From Chthoniobacteraceae bacterium (GTDB lineage Bacteria > Verrucomicrobiota > Verrucomicrobiia > Chthoniobacterales > Chthoniobacteraceae), in contig JBBCKI010000004.1 of the NCBI GenBank assembly GCA_037190965.1, positions 63,786 through 127,785 on the forward strand: a stretch of 64,000 bases of DNA, written 5' to 3'. Positions 1 to 9,327 of the stretch are shown piece by piece. How positions within the stretch are numbered: the stretch's first letter is position 1; every line of letters begins with the position of its first letter. The notes beneath the pieces are model-generated. The model saw nothing but the letters and a program-made list of their open reading frames with translations, searched no databases and was not told the DNA's origin. Made by a program: the position numbers and the translations under genes.

Positions 1-804
1 ACTCTTTACCGCCGCCAATCCGAACTGCACTTTTTGACGGGCCAGGCGAAGGATATTTTGCCTTCCGACGTTTTGCAGAACCAACGTTTCGGACACGCCA
101 TTTTCTTCCAATACCCAGGTGGCTTCAACCCGGACCTGACGGGCCCTCTCCGCGAGTTGTTGAACGGATGTGGCTATTTCATCTCTTTCTGCAAGGAAGA
201 TGATGAGCGCCTTGGCCTGGTTCCCGAGATACCCGGCCTCAACATTTCGGAAGACAAATATCGCTACCGGTTGATCGAAGTATTGCAGCCCGCCGCCAAC
301 CTCGGTGTTTATAAGGATCCGACCGCACACCAGTGGATCGTCGAGCTCTGCAAAATGAAGGAAACCCAGTTCGGGGTCTTGGCCGACAACGTGTTCCTGC
401 TTGCCATCCTGCCGAGGCTCTCTCCCAGCGACGACGTGATGAGAACCTCGCTAGCGCCAGAGTATACCTACGATTCAAGAGCGGACCGCGCCTTCTCCTC
501 AACCACCGCGACCGGCGATAAAATCACCTCCTCGACTCTCCATCAACTCCCTCCGCAAGTGGAAGTCGTGATGATTGCGCTGGATCGGCCTTCCGCTCAA
601 CGTCTCGCTGCTAAAAACGGCGACAGCCCTCCCGATTTGGGAGTCGGCGAGGAGGCCAGCCGTTTTGTCGAGGCGAGCAAGCTCGACGAAGATCTGGCGG
701 AACTGCTTAAGCTCCTGAACGGGAATCATCTCAGATATCGTGTCTTCAGGACAGTCGTCCCCATCAAAGGCGCAAAATGGAGCCCGGAAAGAAAGAAACC
801 GTGA
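1..804 (+). CDS. Verru_Chthon cassette protein C-like (5' part outside window)
   Basis: Frame open from base 1 (TLYRRQSELHF), with GHAIFFQxP, LNGCGYF and HQLPPQVEVVMIALD motifs typical of cassette protein C; followed by a D-like pilin. Confidence 0.75.
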   Translation, partial: TLYRRQSELHFLTGQAKDILPSDVLQNQRFGHAIFFQYPGGFNPDLTGPLRELLNGCGYFISFCKEDDERLGLVPEIPGLNISEDKYRYRLIEVLQPAANLGVYKDPTAHQWIVELCKMKETQFGVLADNVFLLAILPRLSPSDDVMRTSLAPEYTYDSRADRAFSSTTATGDKITSSTLHQLPPQVEVVMIALDRPSAQRLAAKNGDSPPDLGVGEEASRFVEASKLDEDLAELLKLLNGNHLRYRVFRTVVPIKGAKWSPERKKP

Positions 805-1388
805 ACGCCCTTCTCCAACGCCGATCTGGCATGACGTTGATCGAACTTCTTCTCGTCATCGCCATCGTCCTCACGCTGCTATGCTTCGCGCTTCCCTCCG
901 TCACCGGTATTACCGGCGCCTCCAAGCTCACCAAAGCCGGACAGTTAGTCGGGGATCAGTTCCAACTCGCGCGCCAATACGCCGTCACAAAAAACCAGAA
1001 TATCCAGGTAAGGATTTACAAGACCCATCGCACCGATGAAGCGGCCGACAGTTACTGTGCCACGGCGATTTTCCAGCTACCTTCCGACGGCAGTTCCCCC
1101 CAGATCCTGGAGCCCGTGGCCTATTTGCCTTCCGGAATCGCGATCGCACAGAATGACGTGCTCTCCTCCCTGCTCGATCAATTCGAACCGACCGAACTCG
1201 ACCCCAAATTCGGGAAAAATTATCGTTCGCTAACCTTCCGACCCAACGGATCTGTCGAAATCATTAACGCCAAATCCTGGTTGACGATCGTAAAGGCCCA
1301 TGAAATTGACGTGGCCAGCCTCCCCAAGAATTACTACACCATAAAAGTCGTCCCCGCCAACGGGATCGTAAAAACGTTTCGGCCTTAG
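801..1388 (+). CDS. Verru_Chthon cassette protein D-like prepilin
   Basis: GTG overlaps the upstream stop; G|MTLIELLLVIAI prepilin cleavage/methylation motif; LARQYA and FRPNGS motifs. Confidence 0.8.
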   Translation: MNALLQRRSGMTLIELLLVIAIVLTLLCFALPSVTGITGASKLTKAGQLVGDQFQLARQYAVTKNQNIQVRIYKTHRTDEAADSYCATAIFQLPSDGSSPQILEPVAYLPSGIAIAQNDVLSSLLDQFEPTELDPKFGKNYRSLTFRPNGSVEIINAKSWLTIVKAHEIDVASLPKNYYTIKVVPANGIVKTFRP

Positions 1389-1755
1389 CCTAAAGCGTTT
1401 ACATTCAATTCGCCGCTTCCTGGGAGGTATTCGCGTTTGACCTCAAAAAATCAGCGTACAAATTGCATATAGATTGAGGCCGTTTCTTAGCGATTCCGAA
1501 CGGCTACACCCAGTCGCGGGTCTGCTGCGAGATCATAGGTCAAGAGATATTCAATGTTACCGGCGGAGTGCGTTACAAGGTCGACAATAAGCGGCTTTAG
1601 GGAGGACATACTCCTCGTGCTTGATCTTTCAAGATGCTCAAATGCTGTTTTCTTTCATATCTGAAAGCCGTGCGGTGGCCCCATGAAAGAGCGAAGAGTC
1701 ACTAGAAATCAACCACTTAAAACCAATCATGTCCCCATTCTTTGGGGAAGAGCCA

Positions 1756-1791
1756 AAGGATTGGAGCGGGTGAAGGGAATCGAACCCTCGT
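1756..1791. repeat. att direct repeat (copy of tRNA-Gly 3' end), left end of the element
   Basis: AAGGATTGGAGCGGGTGAAGGGAATCGAACCCTCGT, identical to 9176-9211. Confidence 0.95.
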
Positions 1792-1888
1792 GTCCATTCA
1801 GACCCCAGACAGCCACGTAAGTTACTCATAATCAACACAACAAAATCTCTTCGACATAGGCGAATGTTGTTACTATTGTTGTTACCTC

Positions 1889-3067
1889 ATGGCCAGCATT
1901 CGCAAGCACCCCAACAGCCCTTTCTGGTTCGCCTGCTTCAGGGATTCCAATGGTACCCGCACGACGCGCTCGACCAAAACCAGGGATCGGAACCAAGCCC
2001 TTAAAATGGCGGTCGAGTGGGAGTTGGCAGCCGAGCGTGCAGCCAAAGGGCATCTAATTGAAGCACAGGCAAGAAATGTCATCAATTCAATCCTGGAACA
2101 CTCCGGCCAAGAGGCGATCACGTTCTACAAGACGAAGGATTGGCTAACCGAATGGCTGAAAGATAAGAGCCTTTCCCGGGAAGCAACCACAACGGCCAAG
2201 TATAAGCCGGTCATCGAACGGTTCCTGAAACATCTTGGCCCACGTGCCAAGATGGGGCTCGCGCACATCAAACCGGCAGATATCCGCTCATTCCGTGATC
2301 TACTGCACTGCGAGGGACGGGCAGCGTCGACGGTGAACCAGATCATTGCAAAAGTCCTCTCCGCCCCTCTCAACAAAGCCGTCCGCCTCGGTTACATCCC
2401 AATCAACCCGTGCGCCTCAGTCGAACCGCTTAAAAAAGAAGAAGCTGAAGCCGGGGTCTTTACCCTGGAACAGATGAAAGCCCTTCTGGACGCTGCCCCT
2501 TCCCAAGATTGGCGCGGTCTTATCCTTGCTGGCTTCTTCACCGGCCAACGGTTGCGCGACTTGGCAGACCTCATCTGGAAGCAAGTCGACCTCCCAAAGC
2601 GGATGATCTTCATCAACAGCCAGAAGAAGACGAAGGTCGGCGTGGCCATTCCGATCCACGAAGACCTTTTAGCCCACCTGTTGAAATTCCCCTCTCCCGA
2701 CGACGAGGACGCTCCCGTCTTCTCCTCCCTCCACGGTAAAGCCGGAGGCGGCAAGAGTGGACTAAGCGAGGCTTTCAAGCGGATCATGGTCAAGTCCGGC
2801 ATTGCTCTTAAGAAGCGTCTGGAAGCAGGTGGAGATGCAGGCCGGGGACGCAACGAATTGAGCTTCGACAGTCTACGCCATTCGTTCAACTCGGTCTTGG
2901 CGAACGCTGGCATTTCACAAGAAATCCGCCAAAAGCTAACCGGGCACCGGGATTCAAACACCAACAAGATTTATACGCATTTTGATTTTCCCTCTCTCGA
3001 AGGAGCTGTTAGGGCAGTTCCTTCCCTCGGCAGAAAAAATGGGAAAGCCCGACCTGAGAGTGAGTAG
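1889..3067 (+). CDS. Tyrosine recombinase / phage-type integrase
   Basis: TGQRLRDL (Arg), FDSLRHSF, LTGH...IYTH (Tyr) motifs; N-terminal arm-binding-like region; adjacent to att. Confidence 0.93.
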   Translation: MASIRKHPNSPFWFACFRDSNGTRTTRSTKTRDRNQALKMAVEWELAAERAAKGHLIEAQARNVINSILEHSGQEAITFYKTKDWLTEWLKDKSLSREATTTAKYKPVIERFLKHLGPRAKMGLAHIKPADIRSFRDLLHCEGRAASTVNQIIAKVLSAPLNKAVRLGYIPINPCASVEPLKKEEAEAGVFTLEQMKALLDAAPSQDWRGLILAGFFTGQRLRDLADLIWKQVDLPKRMIFINSQKKTKVGVAIPIHEDLLAHLLKFPSPDDEDAPVFSSLHGKAGGGKSGLSEAFKRIMVKSGIALKKRLEAGGDAGRGRNELSFDSLRHSFNSVLANAGISQEIRQKLTGHRDSNTNKIYTHFDFPSLEGAVRAVPSLGRKNGKARPESE

Positions 3068-3162
3068 ATCAAAGTTCCACGATATGATTGAGGTCTTCCC
3101 CCCGTACTACTTTGCCAGGACCGACCCTTCCTCGGTTCACGTTGACGACTAAGGATGGTGGC

Positions 3163-3615
3163 TCAGTCAAGCGGGACGGAAGGCGGCGAATCGGGGGTTG
3201 GCAACGTTAGAGTGACCAAATGAGTTGCAGGTTCACTGGCGCAGTAGTGCAGTTTCCCGCTGGAGACCATCCGCTCGATTTCGCGGCGAAAGCCCTCCCG
3301 ATCGGGAAGCCATGGATATGCTTCCCTGTGGTCAGCAGCAAAATTGTATAATTTCCACGGATCCGCACCGACCAAGGATTCATCAGGGCCAAAATCAAAA
3401 TCTAGTTCGAGTTCAGCAGCCAAGAACCGACACCCGATTCCATGGAAGAAGTATTCACCTCCACCGAAGCTTTTGCTGTATCCATTTCTCGGCACATCGC
3501 CTGCATTTACTGACTTTAGCAAGCATTCAACACCCAGCAACTCCCTCAACTCGCTGGTAACCTGATTGGCTAAAGCGAGGTAGTCATGGATTAAAGTTTT
3601 GATTTGTTCTTCCAT
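3163..3615 (-). CDS. DUF6896-like protein, probable orphan immunity protein
   Basis: YFFHGIGC...DFDFGP...GADPWKL motif; downstream of the Rhs toxin/immunity pair. Confidence 0.6.
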   Translation of the reverse strand: MEEQIKTLIHDYLALANQVTSELRELLGVECLLKSVNAGDVPRNGYSKSFGGGEYFFHGIGCRFLAAELELDFDFGPDESLVGADPWKLYNFAADHREAYPWLPDREGFRREIERMVSSGKLHYCASEPATHLVTLTLPTPDSPPSVPLD

Positions 3616-3758
3616 TATCGAACCCTCAGTTTTACCGGGCCAGCTTCAGCAGCCGCTTGAACCACGTCATCTGCGGTGTTGTAAAAATATTTCCCAAGCT
3701 CGCTTTCAGGCACGCTGTTGTAGGGAACTTCGATTCCGACTCTTCCCGCAGCCTGGCG
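3615..3758 (-). pseudogene. Start-less 3' remnant of a probable toxin tip
   Basis: Open frame RQAAGRVGIEVPYNSVPESELGKYFYNTADDVVQAAAEAGPVKLRVR* ending in a TAATG overlap with the 3615 start. Confidence 0.45.
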
Positions 3759-3882
3759 CGGATTTGGGGTCATGGCGCGGATTTGGGGTCAGGCGACATA
3801 TTTTGACAAACGAGGATGATTTTCGGTTTCCAGTCAAGAAATGTCGCCTGACCCTCCTCTGCGTTTGACCCTCCTCTGCGTT
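3754..3882. repeat. 22-bp inverted repeat with a tandem duplication on each flank
   Basis: IR 3786-3807 / 3833-3854; 19-bp duplication 3754-3791; 17-bp duplication 3849-3882. Confidence 0.85.
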
Positions 3883-3884
3883 GT

Positions 3885-4337
3885 CTACTCCTCGCCATTG
3901 AGGAACGCTGGTAACTTCTGAATCCAATCCGCAAACGAGTCTGTGTAGCGACGAATACTCCCGTCTCCATGGTCGCGAAAATAGACCGCAGACTCTCTGC
4001 CCTCATTGGTATCGAGCGCAAAATAGTCTCCATTTCCAATTCCGTAGAATGGGATGAGATTGGAAGGCCACCCACCAAGCTCTCTCTCGCTGTTGTAGAC
4101 GCTTGGGATCGTGTCATTACCGTTGGTCTTGGCACCCGGCGACTGAGGAACATTGTAAATATCCCCCGGAAACGAATAGGCACTCATTAACTCGATAAAA
4201 GCCTTAAACTCTCCGGGAAAAGTCGTTCCAAAGAGAGCTTCCAAACTTCGCCAATCAGCATCAGTTGGAACATCGTACGGTGGCGTTTCGGGCTCCAGAA
4301 TAGTCTGAAGAATTACTTCGATTTCTTGTGTTGTCAT
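3885..4337 (-). CDS. SMI1/KNR4 (SUKH) family immunity protein
   Basis: LEALFGTTFPGEFKAF, LIPFYGIGNGDYFALD and SFADWI motifs; start overlaps the Rhs stop. Confidence 0.88.
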   Translation of the reverse strand: MTTQEIEVILQTILEPETPPYDVPTDADWRSLEALFGTTFPGEFKAFIELMSAYSFPGDIYNVPQSPGAKTNGNDTIPSVYNSERELGGWPSNLIPFYGIGNGDYFALDTNEGRESAVYFRDHGDGSIRRYTDSFADWIQKLPAFLNGEE

Positions 4338-7300
4338 CAGATTCCTTCTCCGGGGAGTATGTATTCAGAGCCTCTCTGCTTCCAATGTTCTCGAACCTCT
4401 TTCGATCGTTGGGAAGGCGTGAGGCTAGACGGTTGATTGTGCCTCGTGTGATTTCCGGCACCTCGATGTGTCTTCTGGGTGAGTTCATCGACAACACCAC
4501 CTTGCGATGTGGGCACTTGCTGACGGTGGTGAGCTTCGATGTTCCCGGTTCCATGCGTGGCTCGCGTCGTAGGACCTTTTCCCTGCCGCATGCGCATAAC
4601 CTCATCAATAGTGGCAGGTTCATGCTGCACCGCTGGAGCCGACATTGGCGGATCGGGATTGGGATAGTTGGTCGATGATAGCTTATTGGTCCCTTCACCG
4701 TTGTTTTCTTTTGTAGCATTTTCGGCCTTCGCTTTTGTTTCTTTATCGCTCTCGGTAGGCGAGCTTTTTTCATCGCTGGGCCTCGGGTCGTTTGCTCCCT
4801 TGGATACAACAATAGTAGGAGTTGCAACGTCTCTCATCTCCAAGGCTGCATGTCCAGCAGCATTCAGGGCGGCATGTGCCGAAATCCCTGCAGCACCCTT
4901 TAGAGCTAAAGCACCTCCTCTGACAACAAGTCCTCCTCCCATACCCCCAGTACCCAAATCGGCAACGAGCGATACTCCATTCAGGGCGCTTCTTGTAGCG
5001 AATTCCGCTCCTCCTATCTGGCCGGTGGCATACTGGTAACTATCATAAACCTGGAAGCCCATCGTCACCGCAATACTCCAGAATAGCCCCTCGGGATCAA
5101 ACTTGGTCCAGGGATTCTGCCGGACATACGCATACAAATTCGGTCCATCCACAAATCCTGCCGGATCACGGGTCAACCACGTGTCGGTCTCCAAATCAAA
5201 GTACCGGAAACCATGGTTCACCAATCCCGTTGGGTCTTCCTCCTTGGTGTTCATCTTCTGCCGGTCAGGCGTTGAGCCTTCCTCCTGAGTCCGGCTTCCA
5301 AATGCTTCGTACTGCGCTTGATACGTCAACGCACCGCTACCATTGGTCTTTGCAACCACGTCGCCACGGTTGTTATAATGGCTGTAGCTCGGTGTGTTGT
5401 TTCGTAGCGTGTACAGAATTCCTCCGACGCCTCCGCCGTAGTTCGAACCGCGGATGTACTCGACGGTTCTCGTGCCGCCCTCCTGTTCGAAGCATGAGAG
5501 GCCGCCAGAGAAGACGACTTTTGTGGTGTTTCCTCCGGCTTGGGATTCGTCCCGTTCCACTCTCCGCGTCCGGTAGTCGTAGACGTAGCCAAAGGTACCG
5601 GTGGTCAGGCCGGCGTCGGGCACGATCTTGATCAGTTCGATCAGGCGGTTTTCGACGTCGTAGGTGTAGGTGTCGGTTTGCGATCCCTTGGTCCGAGTTT
5701 TGCGGTTGCCGTTGGCGTCGTAGGTGTAGGTAATGTTCCCGCCGAGGCCGTTTGCCGCTACGACCTGATTGAGGTTGTTGACCGTGTAGTTGGTGACTCC
5801 GGCATTGGCTCCGCCTGTGACAGTCTTCTGCTTCCGGTTGTTTCCGGCGTCGTAGACGTAGCTTGTGGTGATGTCTGCCGGTCCGTTGGAATCGAGGTCG
5901 ATGACTTCCTCGGTCAACCGGTTTGCATTATCGTAAGTGTTTCGGACGGTGCGGTTGGACAGGGTGCCCAGCGAGTATTGTTCCTCGACGACTCTGACGT
6001 TACTCGCGAGGTCGTACTCGTTGAGCGTCAGGCTCAGGTCGTTGCCTCCCGTTTTTTCCAGGATCGTTTGGATTCGGCCCAGAGCGTCGTAGGTGGTCGC
6101 GGTGACGGTGTTGCCGGGAAGTTGCTTTTCCCGTGCTTTGCCGCTGAGGTCGTAGCGGTAGGTGGTGATCCGGCCGCCTTCAGTCATGGTGCTCAGTCGG
6201 TTGAGCGCGTCGTAGGTGGAGACGATTTGCAGGCCGCTGCCGCCGTAGGTGGTTTTCAGGCGGTTGCCGGCGAGGTCGTATTTGTACTGGTGGGTGTGGC
6301 CCCCGCTGGTTTCGGTGAAGATCCGGTTAAGCGCGTCGTAGCTGTAGCTGACGTTGGCTTTTCCTGATTTTCCGGCTTCGGTGACGCTTAACAGATTGCC
6401 GACGGCGTCGTAGGTGTGGGTTCGAGTCGGATCTGAAGGGCCTCCATTGGCGTAGATGACGCTCTTGAGGCGGTTGCGGGTGTCGTAGGTGGTGACTTGG
6501 CCCAGGGAGTCGATCCGCTGAGTTTTATTGATGGCGTCGTATCGATAGGTGGTAGCCCGGCCCGCCGGGTCGACGACTTTGGTGTTTCGGTTTTGTCCAT
6601 CGTATTCAAACCGGGTCTGACGGCTGTCCGGTTTCCGGCAGCGTCGTATTGGTTGACGACGGTGATTCCGGCGGCGTCGGTGGTGCTCAGCAGCCGGTTC
6701 AGTTTGTCGTAGGTGTTGGTGGTGGTATGGTTATTGGGATCCGTGACCCTCAGGATGTTCCCATTGGCGTCGTAGACGGTCTGTGTGTGGGGGCGGCTTG
6801 GGCTGCCGCCTGCGACGGGAACGGTGGGGGCGTAGATGGTGGAGTTTCCATCCGCATCACGCATCTTCTTCTGCCTCTGCAAGGCGTCGTATTCGTGAAT
6901 GGTGGTGTTGCCGCGCGGATCGGTTTCGCTAAGCTTGGAGCCGGCGTCGTTGTAGGTAAACGAGGTAACGAGATCAATTCCCCGGCCGTCGTTCTCGCCA
7001 TTGCCGTTCATGTCGCGCACCTGTTTGGCAACGCGGCTCATCGAGTCGTATTCGAAAAGAGTGATGTGACCGTTCTCGTCGTATTCTTTGATTTTATTGC
7101 CGCGAGCGTCGTAGACCAGGTACTTCGTTCCGCCGTCAGGGTAGCTGACAGCTGTCAGGCGGTTACGTTTGTCATAGCTGAACGTCGTCGTGTTTCCGCG
7201 CGGATCGGTGGTCGTTTTGCGATTGCCATTGGCGTCGTAGGTGTGTTTCGCAGTGATATTGAGCGATCCCGGCGCGGTGATTTCGCTGGCGACGTTCCCG

Positions 7301-7750
7301 TTTGTGTCGGGGACGTATTCGATGACAAGGCTTGTGGTCGGCGATGAATCACCCGCCTGTTTCTCGACCGCCTTGCGCGTGATGAAACCGGGGTATTTGG
7401 CGCTCCCGTAGGTGAAAGTCGTCACCTGGGTGACGCCGTCGCCGTTGATCGTCTCTTTGGTGCGGCGCCCCCGGCTGTCCATGACGTAGGTCGTGGTTCG
7501 GCCCGCCTCGTCGGTGATGGACTGCATCAACCGGGAGTCGGGGGTGTAGGTGAACGATTTGACACCGCCCAGGGCGTTCGTCTGGCTGGTGGGGTCGGAA
7601 TGGTGGCCGTAAGCGCCAGTGTTGAGGATCCGGCTGAAATCCGCCGGAGCGTTCCATGCATCCTGATAGGCAAACGTGGTGGTGTTTCCGCTGAGGTCGG
7701 TAACGCGCTTGAGCGCCATCGCTGCGTTTATGTCGAATTCGAAAGTTTCC
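4337..7750 (-). pseudogene. Rhs/YD-repeat toxin with C-terminal HNH/EndoVII (LHH-like) nuclease; 5'-truncated and frameshifted near 6620
   Basis: Many YDxxGN/YDxxNR repeats; core RDPAGFVDGPNLYAYVRQNPWTKFDPEG; tip IEAHHRQQ...ELTQKTH...NH; ORFs 6388-7719 and 4337-6187 join across one frameshift. Confidence 0.85.
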
Positions 7751-8164
7751 GCCCCCTGGTGCGCGCTTCCTCAACTGTTTGCGGGGGGCTTGTTTCTTCA
7801 ATAGCCCCTCCAGCCTACGATAGGCGGGATAAACCTCTTTAACGACATTGGTTTTAGCTAGGTCACACAAGTGATAGTTCTCGCGAGCGAAAGCCATATA
7901 CTCACGCGCCCTCGAAGGAGAAATGCTCGGGAGATTGTCTTTCAACCACCTTTCCAAACCTCTGCGAGTTTTATAATATTCCACCTCAATAAGCGCTTGA
8001 CCAACATTGGCCATAGCCGCAAGAGTAACGAATCCCGCCTTGGACGTTAACTCACCCGCCCTCGTAACAACCTTCTCCCCAACTCGGATCTCGGCGTAAA
8101 ACGCCATCAGAGTACCTTTGCTGACTTTCCGTTCGTCGGGGAACATATCTTTTTGCTTCCTCAT
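7349..8164 (-). CDS. DUF3102-like phage/satellite protein, truncated near 7750 and reading out of frame into Rhs DNA
   Basis: VGQALIEV...LERWLKDNLPSISPSRAREYMAFA motif; C-terminal part is Rhs sequence in another frame. Confidence 0.5.
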   Translation of the reverse strand: MRKQKDMFPDERKVSKGTLMAFYAEIRVGEKVVTRAGELTSKAGFVTLAAMANVGQALIEVEYYKTRRGLERWLKDNLPSISPSRAREYMAFARENYHLCDLAKTNVVKEVYPAYRRLEGLLKKQAPRKQLRKRAPGGGNFRIRHKRSDGAQARYRPQRKHHHVCLSGCMERSGGFQPDPQHWRLRPPFRPHQPDERPGRCQIVHLHPRLPVDAVHHRRGGPNHDLRHGQPGAPHQRDDQRRRRHPGDDFHLRERQIPRFHHAQGGRETGG

Positions 8165-8535
8165 TGGGCGCTCCCTTCCCCTGGGCCGTTTGACTGCCGT
8201 GGGTCATATCCAGCCTCCGGATCGTGTTCATGGCTCTCAACGAAATCCAGGACGGATTGAAGGTGAAACAGCCTCGTTCCTTTGACTTGTCCCGGCTCTC
8301 GTATTGAGACGCTCCGGAAATAACCCTTCGCGGCGCCCTCATAGAGTTTTGCCCGGGAAAATCCCGAATAGAACTCGGTGCCGGATTTCGGGGCTCGGAT
8401 CCATACCGGAAGATTTCCCTGCCGATCGGCAAGCAGATCAGCGGTTCGCGGTGAGACTCGAGGTCTCGTGTTGTTTGATTTCATGCCCCAATGATCAGGC
8501 ACAAAATGAACGCCACAACGTGCGACATTTTTCAT
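8161..8535 (-). CDS. Small excisionase/AlpA-like DNA-binding protein (start may be 8484)
   Basis: SGFSRAKLYE...RSVSIREPG..KGTRLFHLQSV winged-helix-like pattern; lies inside the element. Confidence 0.55.
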   Translation of the reverse strand: MKNVARCGVHFVPDHWGMKSNNTRPRVSPRTADLLADRQGNLPVWIRAPKSGTEFYSGFSRAKLYEGAAKGYFRSVSIREPGQVKGTRLFHLQSVLDFVESHEHDPEAGYDPRQSNGPGEGSAQ

Positions 8536-8584
8536 GGATCGATGTCGCAGCGCATCCCGAAAGGGCCGCTTCCCCGCGCGATAT

Positions 8585-9091
8585 TCAGATCGCGCTCATG
8601 CTATCAAAGGCATCTTTCAAAATCTGTGCCCCGTCTTCTCTCAATTCAGAAAGATTGAAAATTTCGACCTCCCTCAAAAATCTTCGTCCCAGAAGTTCCT
8701 CCGGCGAATCTCGCCAGTCCTTTCCAAATAAGTAGAGACATCCCCGTTCAAAGCCGCCTCGGAGACGCATCTCCTCTTGTTCCTTAAAAGCCTCTCTTTC
8801 GCTATCTCCGCTGCAGTTCAAAATCCTACTTTGAACGGAGTCTCTCGTAAAATCGTACCTGGGACAATATCCGGCTATGACCGCCCGGAACTCTGCGAAG
8901 AAGGCCTTTTTATCGCCCTCAGTATAAACGCATTGGACAGATTCGAGCAGATCCGTGATCTCGCTCCATTGATGGCATTCAGTAAGCCTTTGCAAATGCC
9001 CCTTGAATCTCGTGTGATTTCGTTGCTCCACGATGCCGTGGTTAGTCCTCCCGCAACCAAACGTCAAGCATCCCTGCACGTCTCCAAACAC
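8585..9091 (-). CDS. Hypothetical protein of the element
   Basis: 168-aa ORF, codirectional with the xis-like gene; no recognised motif. Confidence 0.4.
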   Translation of the reverse strand: MFGDVQGCLTFGCGRTNHGIVEQRNHTRFKGHLQRLTECHQWSEITDLLESVQCVYTEGDKKAFFAEFRAVIAGYCPRYDFTRDSVQSRILNCSGDSEREAFKEQEEMRLRGGFERGCLYLFGKDWRDSPEELLGRRFLREVEIFNLSELREDGAQILKDAFDSMSAI

Positions 9092-9181
9092 TACCGAAAT
9101 TGACGGTTGTGTTGTTATTTTGGTTGTTACTTCTGAATCTGAAAAAACCTCAATAACCGTAAGTCATTGAGGTTCAAGGAT

Positions 9182-9255
9182 TGGAGCGGGTGAAGGGAAT
9201 CGAACCCTCGTATGCAGCTTGGGAAGCTGCCGTTCTACCATTGAACTACACCCGC
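9182..9255 (-). tRNA. tRNA-Gly (CCC)
   Basis: Reverse complement GCGGGTGTAGTTCAATGGTAGAACGGCAGCTTCCCAAGCTGCATACGAGGGTTCGATTCCCTTCACCCGCTCCA: cloverleaf, CCC anticodon, encoded CCA. Confidence 0.98.
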
Positions 9256-9327
9256 GAAATTGAAAATACCGCCCCGTGCAGGCGGGATATTACATCCCAA
9301 CTGGGACGATGCCAGATATTTTTCCAG

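Larger units (their letters stand above)
1756..9211. mobile_element. Integrative element / degraded satellite-like island in tRNA-Gly
   Basis: Bounded by 36-bp direct repeats of the tRNA 3' end; integrase next to one end; toxin/immunity cargo. Confidence 0.9.

Noticed and set aside
1487..1609. 40-codon minus-strand ORF (MSSLKPLIVD...)
   Set aside because: The GAGGAG is only 1 nt from the ATG and there is no recognisable motif.
1762..1791. Second tRNA-Gly
   Set aside because: Only the 3' T-arm/acceptor portion is present; it is the att duplication.
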